From: an uncultured SAR86 cluster bacterium
GTDB lineage: Bacteria > Pseudomonadota > Gammaproteobacteria > Magnimaribacterales > AG-339-G14
Assembly (NCBI GenBank): GCA_902562135.1
Contig: CACESE010000003.1
Span: 22,840-86,839, forward strand
Direction of reading: 5' to 3'
Length of the DNA stretch: 64,000 nucleotides
This document shows positions 54,822 to 63,826 of this stretch, in pieces. Under the pieces are notes generated by a model, which did no database searches, was not told where the DNA came from, and was given only the letters and a program-made list of their open reading frames with translations. Made by a program: the position numbers and the translations under genes. The number at the start of each line of letters is the position of its first letter. Position 1 is the stretch's first letter.

Positions 54822-56026
54822 AATGTTGTCGTAAAAGTATTTAGTTGAATTAATGGCAAAAGAATTGCTAAAACAATCAAAGCAACAAAGACTCCTAGAA
54901 TAATAATAACTAGTGGTTCAAGAAGATTCATTGCAATTTTAGTAGAATTTTTAAACCTTGTTTCTAAATAATCTGAGAGCTTAGATAACATCTCTTCGAG
55001 TTTTCCTGAATTTTCTCCATTTTGAATCATCTGAATAACTAACGGCGGCACAACATCAACATTTTCCAAAGATCTCGCAATGGATTCTCCTTCTTTAACG
55101 TTATTTGATGCTTTTTTTATTGAGCTTCTCAAGTAGCTATTCGAAATTGTATCAGATGAAATCTGCAAAGCATTTAGGATAGATACATTTCCCATCCTTA
55201 GTAGACTCAGCGAACTAGTAAATCTAGATAAATCAGCGTCTAACAAAAAATCTTTTATAACTGGAATTTTTAATAAAACCTTATCAAATTTAGTTTTTAC
55301 TTTTTCAGCTCCTAAATATCTTACTAAAATAAAAAAAGATAAAAGAGGAATCAATAATGAAAATAAAAAAAACGGACTACTGATCATTTCAGAAAGATTA
55401 ATAAGATATTTGGTTAAAAAAGGGAGTTCTCTATTCAAAGAGGAAAATTGTGAAACTACGTCTGGAACTACATAAACAAGCAACATACTTATTATTCCCA
55501 AAGCAACAGTGAAGAGAATGGCGGGATAAACTAAAGCTCCTGTGATTTCCTGAGTCATGTTTGCTCTTCTTTCTAAGAAGTCTGATGTTTTTTCTAAAAT
55601 TTCTCCCAACTCACCGGAAGATTCTCCAGCTTTTATGAGCGAGCAGTATAGTTTGTCAAAAGACTCAGGGTGTTCTTCTAATGATTCAGAAAATTTGAAA
55701 CCTGATTTTACTTTTAAAGAAACCTGTTTCAGTTTATTTTTAACTCGAAGAGGTTCAATTTGATTTGAAACTGAATCTAAAGCTTGATCAACAGGTATAC
55801 CGCTATTGATTAAAGTAGATAATTGTCTTGAAATTAATGACAATTTTGAAAAGCCGATCGATGAAAAAAAACTAAAATTAAATCTTGTGTTTGATTTTTT
55901 TAGTTTGAGTGGAATTAGTTTTCTATTTTTTAGTTCGTTTTGAGCTTCATTAATATTTTCGGCTACTAGGTAGCCATTTTCGGTTTCACCGTTATGATCA
56001 ATTGCCTTGTATGTAAAACTAGCCAT
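54818..56026 (-). CDS. gspF: Type II secretion inner-membrane platform protein F
   Basis: 402 aa with a duplicated T2SF domain and 3 TM segments, in canonical order. Confidence 0.88.
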   Translation of the reverse strand: MASFTYKAIDHNGETENGYLVAENINEAQNELKNRKLIPLKLKKSNTRFNFSFFSSIGFSKLSLISRQLSTLINSGIPVDQALDSVSNQIEPLRVKNKLKQVSLKVKSGFKFSESLEEHPESFDKLYCSLIKAGESSGELGEILEKTSDFLERRANMTQEITGALVYPAILFTVALGIISMLLVYVVPDVVSQFSSLNRELPFLTKYLINLSEMISSPFFLFSLLIPLLSFFILVRYLGAEKVKTKFDKVLLKIPVIKDFLLDADLSRFTSSLSLLRMGNVSILNALQISSDTISNSYLRSSIKKASNNVKEGESIARSLENVDVVPPLVIQMIQNGENSGKLEEMLSKLSDYLETRFKNSTKIAMNLLEPLVIIILGVFVALIVLAILLPLIQLNTFTTTL

Positions 56027-56028
56027 AA

Positions 56029-57396
56029 TTAATCAACTTGCTTAAGAACTCTTTTTATCTCTAATTCCGAAGTAATGCCCTTTTTAACTTTTTCTTCGCC
56101 ATCATTCAGCAAAGAATTATATTTTTTGAAAGCTACTTTTCTAATTTTATCTTCGTCTATAGTTTCATTTATAAAATTTCTAATATCGCTATCTATTTTA
56201 ATCATCTCGAAAATTCCAACTCTTCCAGAGAATTCATTTTTGTTGGTTAATTTTCTTACGAGTCTCTGCGCTATAACCATTTTTAAAGTACTGGCTAGAA
56301 GGTACGGCTCAACCCCCATATCAATCAATCTTGTGATGGCTCCAACCGAATCGTTCGTATGGATGGTAGACAAGACTAAGTGACCGGTTAAACTCGCTTG
56401 AATGGCAGTTTCAGCAGTTTCCTTGTCTCTAATCTCACCGACCATAACAACATCTGGATCTTGTCTTAATATTGCTCTTAATCCTTTAGAGAAGGACAAG
56501 CCTACTTTGTTATTTACTTGAGTTTGGCCTACACCTTCCAAAGCATACTCAATGGGATCTTCTACAGTTAATATATTTCTCGTCTGATCATTTAGAAAAT
56601 TCAGTCCAGAATAAAGAGTAGTTGTTTTTCCTGAACCCGTTGGTCCTGTTACCAAGATTATTCCACTTGAACTTTTAAGTTGTTGCAAATAATCTTTTGT
56701 CATTTCACTAGTCATTCCCAGATCTTCTAGATCAAGGCTCGCATCTGCTTTATCTAACAACCTTAAAACAAGCCTTTCTCCAAAACTTGAAGGCAAAGTG
56801 GAAACTCTAATATCGACCCACTTTTCTCCTAATTTTAATGACATCCTTCCATCTTGAGGTATTCTGCGTTCAGCAATATCAAGATTAGACATAACTTTTA
56901 TTCTTGCATTCAGTAAGGGTGCTATTCTGCTGCTGGGATTTAATTTTTCTTTTAAGATACCGTCAACCCTAAATCTTATAGATAAGTTTTCTTCGTATGG
57001 TTCTATGTGAATATCTGAAGCACCATCTTTAATTGCCTCGGATAAAATAGCATTTATTAATCTAATAACAGGAGCATCGTTACTATCATCTAACAAGTCT
57101 TCAGTTTTAGGTAGATTAGAAACCAAAGAATCAAGATCAATATTTTCATCGATATTTTCGATCAAGTCTTCTGAAGCAGAAGTATTGTTTGTGAAGTTAT
57201 CAGATAAAGCTTTGTTAAATTCTTTAAAGGGCAGCTTAGATAAGTTCAAAGGCAGATCAAAATGTTTTTGCAAATAGGAAATAGCAGAAATTTTAGTATC
57301 GTTAGTGTATTTAATGATCAATTGGTTATGATCTTTCTCTAATAAAATTTGATTTTCTTTGCAATATTTATAACTTAAATCGATTTCATTTTTCAT
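56029..57396 (-). CDS. gspE: Type II secretion ATPase E
   Basis: 455 aa. It has Walker A GPTGSGKTTT, Asp box, Walker B VVMVGEIRD and His box LVLSTIHTN. The N-terminal N1/N2 domains are present. Confidence 0.92.
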   Translation of the reverse strand: MKNEIDLSYKYCKENQILLEKDHNQLIIKYTNDTKISAISYLQKHFDLPLNLSKLPFKEFNKALSDNFTNNTSASEDLIENIDENIDLDSLVSNLPKTEDLLDDSNDAPVIRLINAILSEAIKDGASDIHIEPYEENLSIRFRVDGILKEKLNPSSRIAPLLNARIKVMSNLDIAERRIPQDGRMSLKLGEKWVDIRVSTLPSSFGERLVLRLLDKADASLDLEDLGMTSEMTKDYLQQLKSSSGIILVTGPTGSGKTTTLYSGLNFLNDQTRNILTVEDPIEYALEGVGQTQVNNKVGLSFSKGLRAILRQDPDVVMVGEIRDKETAETAIQASLTGHLVLSTIHTNDSVGAITRLIDMGVEPYLLASTLKMVIAQRLVRKLTNKNEFSGRVGIFEMIKIDSDIRNFINETIDEDKIRKVAFKKYNSLLNDGEEKVKKGITSELEIKRVLKQVD

Positions 57397-57403
57397 CTAA
57401 TTT

Positions 57404-59296
57404 TCAATTATTAATTAAGTCTTCTAATACTTTTAAATCAGGTGTGGGTCGCCCTCTTTTAGATTTTAAAATTTGTTCAGCTTTCAACAGGTTGTATTTC
57501 TCATTTGTAATCGTTTGCATGTCTGTTACATCTCGAACAATAGTTGGTTTCAAAAAAACAACTAAATTCTTTTTTGATCTCGAAGTCGTAGTGGATTTAA
57601 ATAACCTGCCTAGTAAGGGAATGTCTCCTAATAATGGTACTTTTCTTTCTGATTCCTGCACGTCATCGCTTATCAAACCACCTAAAACAATGATCTCACT
57701 ATCTTCCACCATCACGGCCGTTTTAATTACTCTTTTATTTGTAGCTATTTCAGAAGCTCCAATCAACAGAGGTCCAAATACGCTTGATACTTCCTGTTCT
57801 ATATCTAACCGAATGGAGTTTCCCTCATTAATTTGTGGTTTAACAAGTAACTTGACGCCAACTTCTTCTCTGCTGACCGTTCTAAAAGGATTTGTATTGT
57901 CAGAACCTAAAGATTCTCCAGTTGTGATTGGTATTTCTTGGCCAACTATAATTGAGGATTCTTCGTTATCCATTGTGAGAATAGAAGGAGTTGATAACAC
58001 ATTAGAATCTGTATCTTTTCGAAGAACATTAAGAATTGCAGCAAAACTTTTTTCATCCTTTTTATATTTTCCAACTCCAGCAGCGAATCCATCTAAGGTT
58101 AATAGTGATTGTGCTGCAGCTGGAATAGAAGATGAACCGGACGTAGTATCATAAACTTCTCCTCCTACGATCGCAGTTAGATCAGGATTTGGGTTTCCAA
58201 ATCGTTGAGAAACAATTGGGGTATCAGACCCATCGCCCGAGAAAAGGATTTGAACACCAAGCTCTTTTGCTAAAGTATCTGAAATTTCTACAATAATAGC
58301 CTCCACCAAAACTTGAGCTCTTTTGATATCTAAGCTTGCAATAACATCTTCAATTGCTGTCATTACTTCAGGGTCGGCTGAGATTACCAATGAATTGGTA
58401 CCTTCATGTGCTTCGATGCTAGTTGTTATTTTACTGGTACTTCTATCTTGTGCTGATAAATTTTCTGATAAATTCTTTAGAATCTTTTCGAGAGACTTGG
58501 CATCGGCATATTTAAGATATTTCACTTTCAGGGTGCTTGAACCACTTTGCTCGGTATCTAAATTCTGTATTAGATTTTTCATCCTATCCACTATGGGCTC
58601 GTCTCCAACCAAAAGGATGCTATTGCTTCGATCAATTGAATATGAAGTGAATTGATTTGGATTCATTCCTCCTGAATTATCATTGAAAATTTTATCAATT
58701 ATCTTTGAGACCTCTTTTGAGGAAGAATAATTAAGTTTAATAACCTCATATTTTTCTCCTGGTGTTTTATCGAGTTCATTAATAATGCCTCTTAACTTTT
58801 CTACAGTTCCGGCCCGGTCTGCAATTATCAGTGAATTAGTCGGCTCATAAACAGCGAGATGACCCTGCGAAGAAATAATCGGCCTCAATATTGAAATTAA
58901 GGAATTCACTGAAGCAAATTTAGGTTTAATAATATCTGTTACAAAAGAGTCGGCTGGGCTATTAGACCTAAGGAAAGTATTAAAGGCTTGCCTTCCGCTT
59001 ATTTCAGGAACTATTTTAGTTGCGTTATCTTGTTCTATAGCAGCATATCCATGCACGGCTAAAACAGAGAGCATTACTTCATAGGCTTCATCAATGGATA
59101 AATCCTCACGAGAAATTATTGTTATTTTGGCATTTATTCTTGGGTCGACTATAAAAGTCTTACCCGTTAAAGATGAAATATCAGATATAAAAGCTCTAAT
59201 ATCAGCATCACGCATATTTATAGTGACAGCATGACTGTACAGAGAAAATATTAGTGTCAGAGTCGCGCAAAATTTTAAGTAATTTCTTAAATACAT
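57404..59296 (-). CDS. gspD: Type II secretion secretin D
   Basis: 630 aa. It has a signal peptide, N0-N3 repeats and a C-terminal secretin domain (VLGGLISD....KVPLLGDIPLLGRLF). Confidence 0.92.
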   Translation of the reverse strand: MYLRNYLKFCATLTLIFSLYSHAVTINMRDADIRAFISDISSLTGKTFIVDPRINAKITIISREDLSIDEAYEVMLSVLAVHGYAAIEQDNATKIVPEISGRQAFNTFLRSNSPADSFVTDIIKPKFASVNSLISILRPIISSQGHLAVYEPTNSLIIADRAGTVEKLRGIINELDKTPGEKYEVIKLNYSSSKEVSKIIDKIFNDNSGGMNPNQFTSYSIDRSNSILLVGDEPIVDRMKNLIQNLDTEQSGSSTLKVKYLKYADAKSLEKILKNLSENLSAQDRSTSKITTSIEAHEGTNSLVISADPEVMTAIEDVIASLDIKRAQVLVEAIIVEISDTLAKELGVQILFSGDGSDTPIVSQRFGNPNPDLTAIVGGEVYDTTSGSSSIPAAAQSLLTLDGFAAGVGKYKKDEKSFAAILNVLRKDTDSNVLSTPSILTMDNEESSIIVGQEIPITTGESLGSDNTNPFRTVSREEVGVKLLVKPQINEGNSIRLDIEQEVSSVFGPLLIGASEIATNKRVIKTAVMVEDSEIIVLGGLISDDVQESERKVPLLGDIPLLGRLFKSTTTSRSKKNLVVFLKPTIVRDVTDMQTITNEKYNLLKAEQILKSKRGRPTPDLKVLEDLINN

Positions 59297-59303
59297 ATTT
59301 TAT

Positions 59304-60134
59304 TTAATTTACTTTTATACCAATCGAAATTGGATTGTTATCTCTCAAGATCGAAAGATTAAGATCCCTAGGTTCGCTGAAAAAAGTCTCCAGGTTTGAA
59401 AGGTAATTTTCATTTAGATCAGAGACTAAAGCACCATTTATTGAAACAAGAACATCTCCTGGCATAAGGTCTAAGTTAACAAAAAAGTCTTTATTCTCTC
59501 CAGGATTTACTTCCAGTCCAGACAAAGTGCCATTTGAAAAAATTGGAACAAAAGAAATCGCGTCAAGAATATTTTGATTTGATAGCCACTCCGCAGAAAT
59601 TATATTGTCATTTTTATTTGCAGGATTTTTTAAAATTTCAGTTTCTATTCCTGAAATTAGGTTCGGTTTATTAAATGAGAGACTCTCTGCAACCCCAGAT
59701 CTATTGATCGTTACATAATCTTTATGTATCGACTCTAAAAAAACATTATCTAAGATGCGATCTCCTGTCTGATACTCTTTTTGATCTGATTTATTGAGGC
59801 CAATGATTGCAAAATTTTTATCCTCAGAAGAAGTCACGCCAAATAACTTCAAAGATAATGATGTTTCTGGAGCTTTGATAGCGTTTAAAAGAGCATTGGA
59901 ATTTTCTTTAGAATCATAATTTGACAAGAAAGGATTTCGATCTATCTTTCTGATTTGGATCTTTGCGGCGGTGGACTGATTTAGAACGGGTTTGTCAGCA
60001 AAGATTATTTCTAAAATTACATTTGAAGTCTCAAAAGAAAATATTAAAACAACGATAGCGATAACAATTGTTTTGGCCTTTTTAGAAATGAAATCAGCGA
60101 TTTCATTGTAAATATTAAAAAAATTTATATTCAT
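59304..60134 (-). CDS. gspC: Type II secretion protein C (PDZ-containing)
   Basis: 276 aa with an N-terminal TM, an HR domain and a C-terminal PDZ-like LMPGDVLVSINGALV. It is the first gene of the cluster. Confidence 0.75.
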   Translation of the reverse strand: MNINFFNIYNEIADFISKKAKTIVIAIVVLIFSFETSNVILEIIFADKPVLNQSTAAKIQIRKIDRNPFLSNYDSKENSNALLNAIKAPETSLSLKLFGVTSSEDKNFAIIGLNKSDQKEYQTGDRILDNVFLESIHKDYVTINRSGVAESLSFNKPNLISGIETEILKNPANKNDNIISAEWLSNQNILDAISFVPIFSNGTLSGLEVNPGENKDFFVNLDLMPGDVLVSINGALVSDLNENYLSNLETFFSEPRDLNLSILRDNNPISIGIKVN

Positions 60135-60196
60135 AATTTAAATATACTATTTTGACCTTTAGCGAATATATTATCTTATAAAATATACGATTTTGA

Positions 60197-60214
60197 ATGA
60201 CAATTAAGTGACAA
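60197..60214 (-). promoter_or_regulatory. PHO-box-like tandem repeat upstream of gspC
   Basis: The minus strand reads TTGTCAC-TTAA-TTGTCAT: two 7-mers with intact TGTCA cores, a 4-bp A/T spacer and 11-bp periodicity. It matches the E. coli PHO box CTGTCATAWAWCTGTCAY at 14 of 18 positions. A TATATT -10-like hexamer follows after 9 nt, and the gspC ATG is 62 nt downstream. Confidence 0.45.
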
Positions 60215-60232
60215 TTTGAATATTATAATTTT

Positions 60233-60982
60233 ATGGAAATTTTATATGCTTTCTTGCTAGGACTTATATTTGGAAGCTTTCTCAATAGCTTGTCATATCG
60301 CATGCCTATTATCCTTAATTATCGTAATGCTTTGAAGGAGTTTCCAGATATGGGACTTTCTTTTCCCAGGTCGTTTTGTCCAAATTGCAAAGCACCTTTA
60401 TCAGTATTTTCGCTCATACCGGTTTTAAGTTTTTTTATTCAAATGGGTAAATGTAAATCTTGCAAACAAAGTATTTCAATCAGTTACCCTTTTTTCGAGA
60501 TTTTGCTTGGAATTTTATTTGCCTTAATTTTGATCAAAGCAGGTTCGATAAATTATATCTTTCTTTTAGATTGTCTTTTTATTTTTACCTTAATCTTAAT
60601 CGCTCGCTTGGACGAAAGTTTTTTCAAAATTCCCTTCTCGCTTAATTTAATCGTTTTTTTTACTGGAATTCTTACCAATTTTTATTTCACTTCTTTAGGC
60701 CTAGGGTTTGTCTCTTTCTTGATATGCCTTGCCGTGTTATCTGCTATCAAATTTTTAGCAGACTATATATTGAAGAAAGATTCTTTTGGTTGGGGGGATA
60801 TAATATTGATATCCAATCTATCTCTATTTTTTGGTATCTACAATTTACCCTTTATTTTATTCGTCTCTTCTTTATCAGGAATAATTTGGTATTTTTTTAA
60901 AAAAAGAAATGTTTCAGAAAAAACTATTGCTTTTGGTCCGCACATTACTTTGTCTGGAATCTGGTTATTATTTATTCTTTAA
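60233..60982 (+). CDS. gspO: Prepilin peptidase / N-methyltransferase (A24 family)
   Basis: 249 aa. It has LGLIFGSFLNS, the Cys pairs CPNC...CKSC, the Asp motifs (ARLDE; GWGD) and a C-terminal IAFGPHITL. It is divergent from gspC. Confidence 0.88.
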   Translation: MEILYAFLLGLIFGSFLNSLSYRMPIILNYRNALKEFPDMGLSFPRSFCPNCKAPLSVFSLIPVLSFFIQMGKCKSCKQSISISYPFFEILLGILFALILIKAGSINYIFLLDCLFIFTLILIARLDESFFKIPFSLNLIVFFTGILTNFYFTSLGLGFVSFLICLAVLSAIKFLADYILKKDSFGWGDIILISNLSLFFGIYNLPFILFVSSLSGIIWYFFKKRNVSEKTIAFGPHITLSGIWLLFIL

Positions 60983-60989
60983 ATTAATT

Positions 60990-62240
60990 TTATACACCAA
61001 AAATTATTCTTAATAAAATATAGAAGAGAATTGTAAATGCTGCACCAGTAGGAATAGTTACTAACCAAGAAGCAATTATTCTCCTTATCGAAGCATAATC
61101 TAAGTGTTCTGCGCCTTTAGCTAACCCAACGCCTATAACTCCACCGACTAGTGTATGTGTAGTTGAAATAGGAAACCCAAGATAAGTCGCAGCAACGACA
61201 GTAGACGCTGTGGCCATTTCTGCGGAGAAGCCAAGACTAGGTGTTAGAGCTGTAATTTTTTTTCCGACTGTTGAGATGACCCTGGAACCTAGAGTTGCTA
61301 AACCAAAAACTATCCCAATACCTCCAACAAGTAAAACCCATGGGCTAATCGAAGATTTAGATCCTATTTCGCCAGTATCCACAACACTTACAACTGCTGC
61401 CAAAGGTCCAATTGCATTTGCAACATCATTTGAACCATGGGCAAAAGCCATAGCGCTAGCAGAAACTATCATTAGCAATCCAAATGCAAATTCAATGCCG
61501 CCTTCTCTCATTATTTGATCTTTATTCCTTCTTAAAAAAAATGCTGTTCCAGTTGCAACAATAATGCTAAAAATTAAAGTAAATAAATAAATTTCATTTT
61601 CTGAAAATTCTATTCCTACATGTTTAAGACCTTTCCTTGCTGTGACGAGTGAAATAACGACTGCTACTAGAAAACTATATAATGGAATAAAAGTGATAGC
61701 TGCTTTTCCAGGATTGGCTCTATCTAAAATTAATTTTTTTGCAGATATATAGAGTCCAAAAGCTAAAGTTCCAGAAAATAAAGGGGAAGTTACCCAACTC
61801 ATTGCTATATTACCAACCTTACCCCAAGATACAGCATCTACTCCCTTAGAAATTAGTACGAAACCAATAATAGCTCCCACTATTGAGTGAGTAGTAGAAA
61901 CAGGCCAGCCTCTTAAACTCGCGATAAACAACCAAGTACCTCCTGCTAAAAGAGCTGATATCATGCCCATTACAAATATATTTACATCATTGGCATATAG
62001 ATTTGGATCTACGATGCCTTTTCTAATTGTAGAAGTTACTTCTCCACCTGCTAAAAAAGCTCCTAAAAATTCAAAAATAGCCGCAATTATTATTGCTTGT
62101 TTAAGGGTTATAGCTTTGCTTCCTACAGAAGTCCCCATGGAGTTTGCAACATCGTTAGCCCCAATGCCGAAAGCCATAAAAAAACCAATAAATCCTGCAA
62201 TCAAAAGTATGTTAAAAGGATTCAAAAACAAAGTTTCCAT
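60990..62240 (-). CDS. Inorganic phosphate transporter, PiT family
   Basis: 416 aa. It has the duplicated PiT signature GANDVANSMGTSVGS (N-terminal half) and GSNDVANAIGP (C-terminal half). Confidence 0.9.
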   Translation of the reverse strand: METLFLNPFNILLIAGFIGFFMAFGIGANDVANSMGTSVGSKAITLKQAIIIAAIFEFLGAFLAGGEVTSTIRKGIVDPNLYANDVNIFVMGMISALLAGGTWLFIASLRGWPVSTTHSIVGAIIGFVLISKGVDAVSWGKVGNIAMSWVTSPLFSGTLAFGLYISAKKLILDRANPGKAAITFIPLYSFLVAVVISLVTARKGLKHVGIEFSENEIYLFTLIFSIIVATGTAFFLRRNKDQIMREGGIEFAFGLLMIVSASAMAFAHGSNDVANAIGPLAAVVSVVDTGEIGSKSSISPWVLLVGGIGIVFGLATLGSRVISTVGKKITALTPSLGFSAEMATASTVVAATYLGFPISTTHTLVGGVIGVGLAKGAEHLDYASIRRIIASWLVTIPTGAAFTILFYILLRIIFGV

Positions 62241-62411
62241 ATTGAGAGTCTCTAAATTAAAAATAATTTTACTACAAGATTGTTAAGAAACTGTTGCCTT
62301 AATGTAACTTAATTTTAGATATTAAATTAAAATTTATATGAAATAGTGAATGATTCAAATCCTTGCAATTTATGGATAAATAAAAAGACTTAGGTTTTTT
62401 TTCAGAGATAT

Positions 62412-62537
62412 TTATGAAAAATAAAGAACTGCCACTAAAACTATCCATAAAGAAATAAAACCAAATATAACCATCTCTTGCACTTGAGACTTTGCAGGTA
62501 TTAATCTTTGATCTTTAAGAACGGTTTTAGTATTCAT
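62412..62537 (-). CDS. Hypothetical 41-aa single-TM peptide upstream of the PiT gene
   Basis: My manual translation is MNTKTVLKDQRLIPAKSQVQEMVIFGFISLWIVLVAVLYFS*. It has an ATG start, a hydrophobic C-terminal helix and no clear SD. Support is weak. Confidence 0.25.
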   Translation of the reverse strand: MNTKTVLKDQRLIPAKSQVQEMVIFGFISLWIVLVAVLYFS

Positions 62538-62553
62538 ATTATTTGTAACTTTA

Positions 62554-62582
62554 GTGACACTATTATGTCACATAATTGACAC
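62554..62582. promoter_or_regulatory. Three 7-mers at 11-bp periodicity (GTGACAC-TATT-ATGTCAC-ATAA-TTGACAC)
   Basis: Read directly from the sequence. The TG(A/T)CAC cores alternate in orientation and the spacers are A/T-only. The repeat ends 16 nt upstream of the small-ORF ATG and about 315 nt upstream of the PiT ATG. Confidence 0.4.
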
Positions 62583-62776
62583 AATAGACCAATTTTTTAA
62601 AAAAACTAGCATTTTTTTTTAAAACTTTAAATTTAAATATTTAAAAATTGAATTCGATACCTATTTCAGTTTAGTCCTTAGACTTACAAAAAATAAATTT
62701 ATCCAAAACAATAAAAAGGCAAAGATAAGAATTTATACATATGAGTGTTTGAATTATTAAATATAAACTCTAGAGA

Positions 62777-63826
62777 TTATCTAGGAACATTTAAAGCATC
62801 AAGCACATCTTTGAAAGAGACAATTTTAAAGTTTTGTCTTTTAGTTTTATACCCATCTTTATTAAGACCATCTTGTGCAATCATAATACCTTCTGGATAC
62901 TCATCACTCAGTTTAAAGTTGATTGTTTCTATACCGTCAGTATCAGTAACATTGTCTATACTTTTTGAAGAACCTATTCTAAAACTGGTTATATAATCAT
63001 ATGGATAATTCCTATCATAAAGATTAAATTTACTATCGCCTTGAGAGGATAAAATTAAATAACCTGAATTGTTTGATGTTTTATATAAAGATACTCCCTC
63101 TGGGTCGCCACCAATTTGACCTTCTCTAGAATCGACAATATAAGGCTCAGAGAAATCAAAACTGTCATCGAGTCTATAAGCTTTTAAAACCCCTCTTACT
63201 TCTTCTTCTGATATAAAAAGAGTTCTATTGAAATCATCATAAACACACCCTTCCGATTCTCCACCATTATTAAAAGTTGTTATAAGATCGAGGCCATTAT
63301 CAGTCAGGTTCCATACTTCGACTCTCGGACCAGTGTCTTCTGTTAAAAAAGCAACTAATCCATACTTTGGATCGATTCCAGCGCATATACCATATACGAT
63401 AATATTTGATTTACCTCTAAATGATGGTTTTGATGGGACTTCCCATGAATTATTTTTAAGTTTTTGTCTTGTTTTATTATCTTCAAATACCCATAAATCT
63501 ACCGATCCTAATGTTCTATTAGACCCAAAAAGAAAAGTAAAATCAGAGACATTCTCATCGTCACCAAGATTCATACTTCTTGTATCAACATTATTAATCC
63601 TACCAAGATTTGTATAGCTCAACTCTTGTCCTTGAAGATTGTAACTATAAATTCCGCTTTTTTTATCTGTTCCAAAGATAATTGAATTTGAAGGATTATT
63701 TTTATTTAGCCATATTGCAGGATCATCGGCTGCATCTCCCTCAGTTATAACTGGCGGTGTCTCGTAAATTGCCTCAACCTCAACATAATCTGCAAAAGCA
63801 AAAGTAGAAAGTAAAAAGGCAAGCAT
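62777..63826 (-). CDS. Beta-propeller phytase (3-phytase, BPP family), secreted
   Basis: It has the DAADDPAIW motif and repeated propeller blocks characteristic of BPP. The signal peptide ...KKASFMLAFLLSTFAFA|DY is present. The start is ambiguous: ATG 63826 has the best SD-like AAGG but gives a very short signal peptide. TTG 63880 or ATG 63898 would overlap the TBDR 3' end. The track start at 63958 is unlikely. Confidence 0.85.
   Translation of the reverse strand: MLAFLLSTFAFADYVEVEAIYETPPVITEGDAADDPAIWLNKNNPSNSIIFGTDKKSGIYSYNLQGQELSYTNLGRINNVDTRSMNLGDDENVSDFTFLFGSNRTLGSVDLWVFEDNKTRQKLKNNSWEVPSKPSFRGKSNIIVYGICAGIDPKYGLVAFLTEDTGPRVEVWNLTDNGLDLITTFNNGGESEGCVYDDFNRTLFISEEEVRGVLKAYRLDDSFDFSEPYIVDSREGQIGGDPEGVSLYKTSNNSGYLILSSQGDSKFNLYDRNYPYDYITSFRIGSSKSIDNVTDTDGIETINFKLSDEYPEGIMIAQDGLNKDGYKTKRQNFKIVSFKDVLDALNVPR

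Noticed and set aside
57444-58154. A 236-aa ORF on the plus strand, antisense to gspD. It is strikingly long for an AT-rich genome.
   Set aside because: In this frame the third codon positions of both strands coincide. An antisense stop therefore requires a sense TAN (Tyr) codon preceded by a codon ending in T or C, or a sense CAN (His/Gln) codon preceded by a codon ending in T. The GspD secretin domain encoded here has very few Tyr and His residues. The open frame is thus a by-product of gspD composition. Its translation is low-complexity and it has no SD or recognisable motif.
62553-62572. The palindrome AGTGACAC..TGTCACA upstream of PiT, considered as a CRP site.
   Set aside because: The CRP consensus is TGTGA-N6-TCACA. 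Here the GTGA and TCAC half-sites are separated by about 10 nt, which is the wrong spacing.
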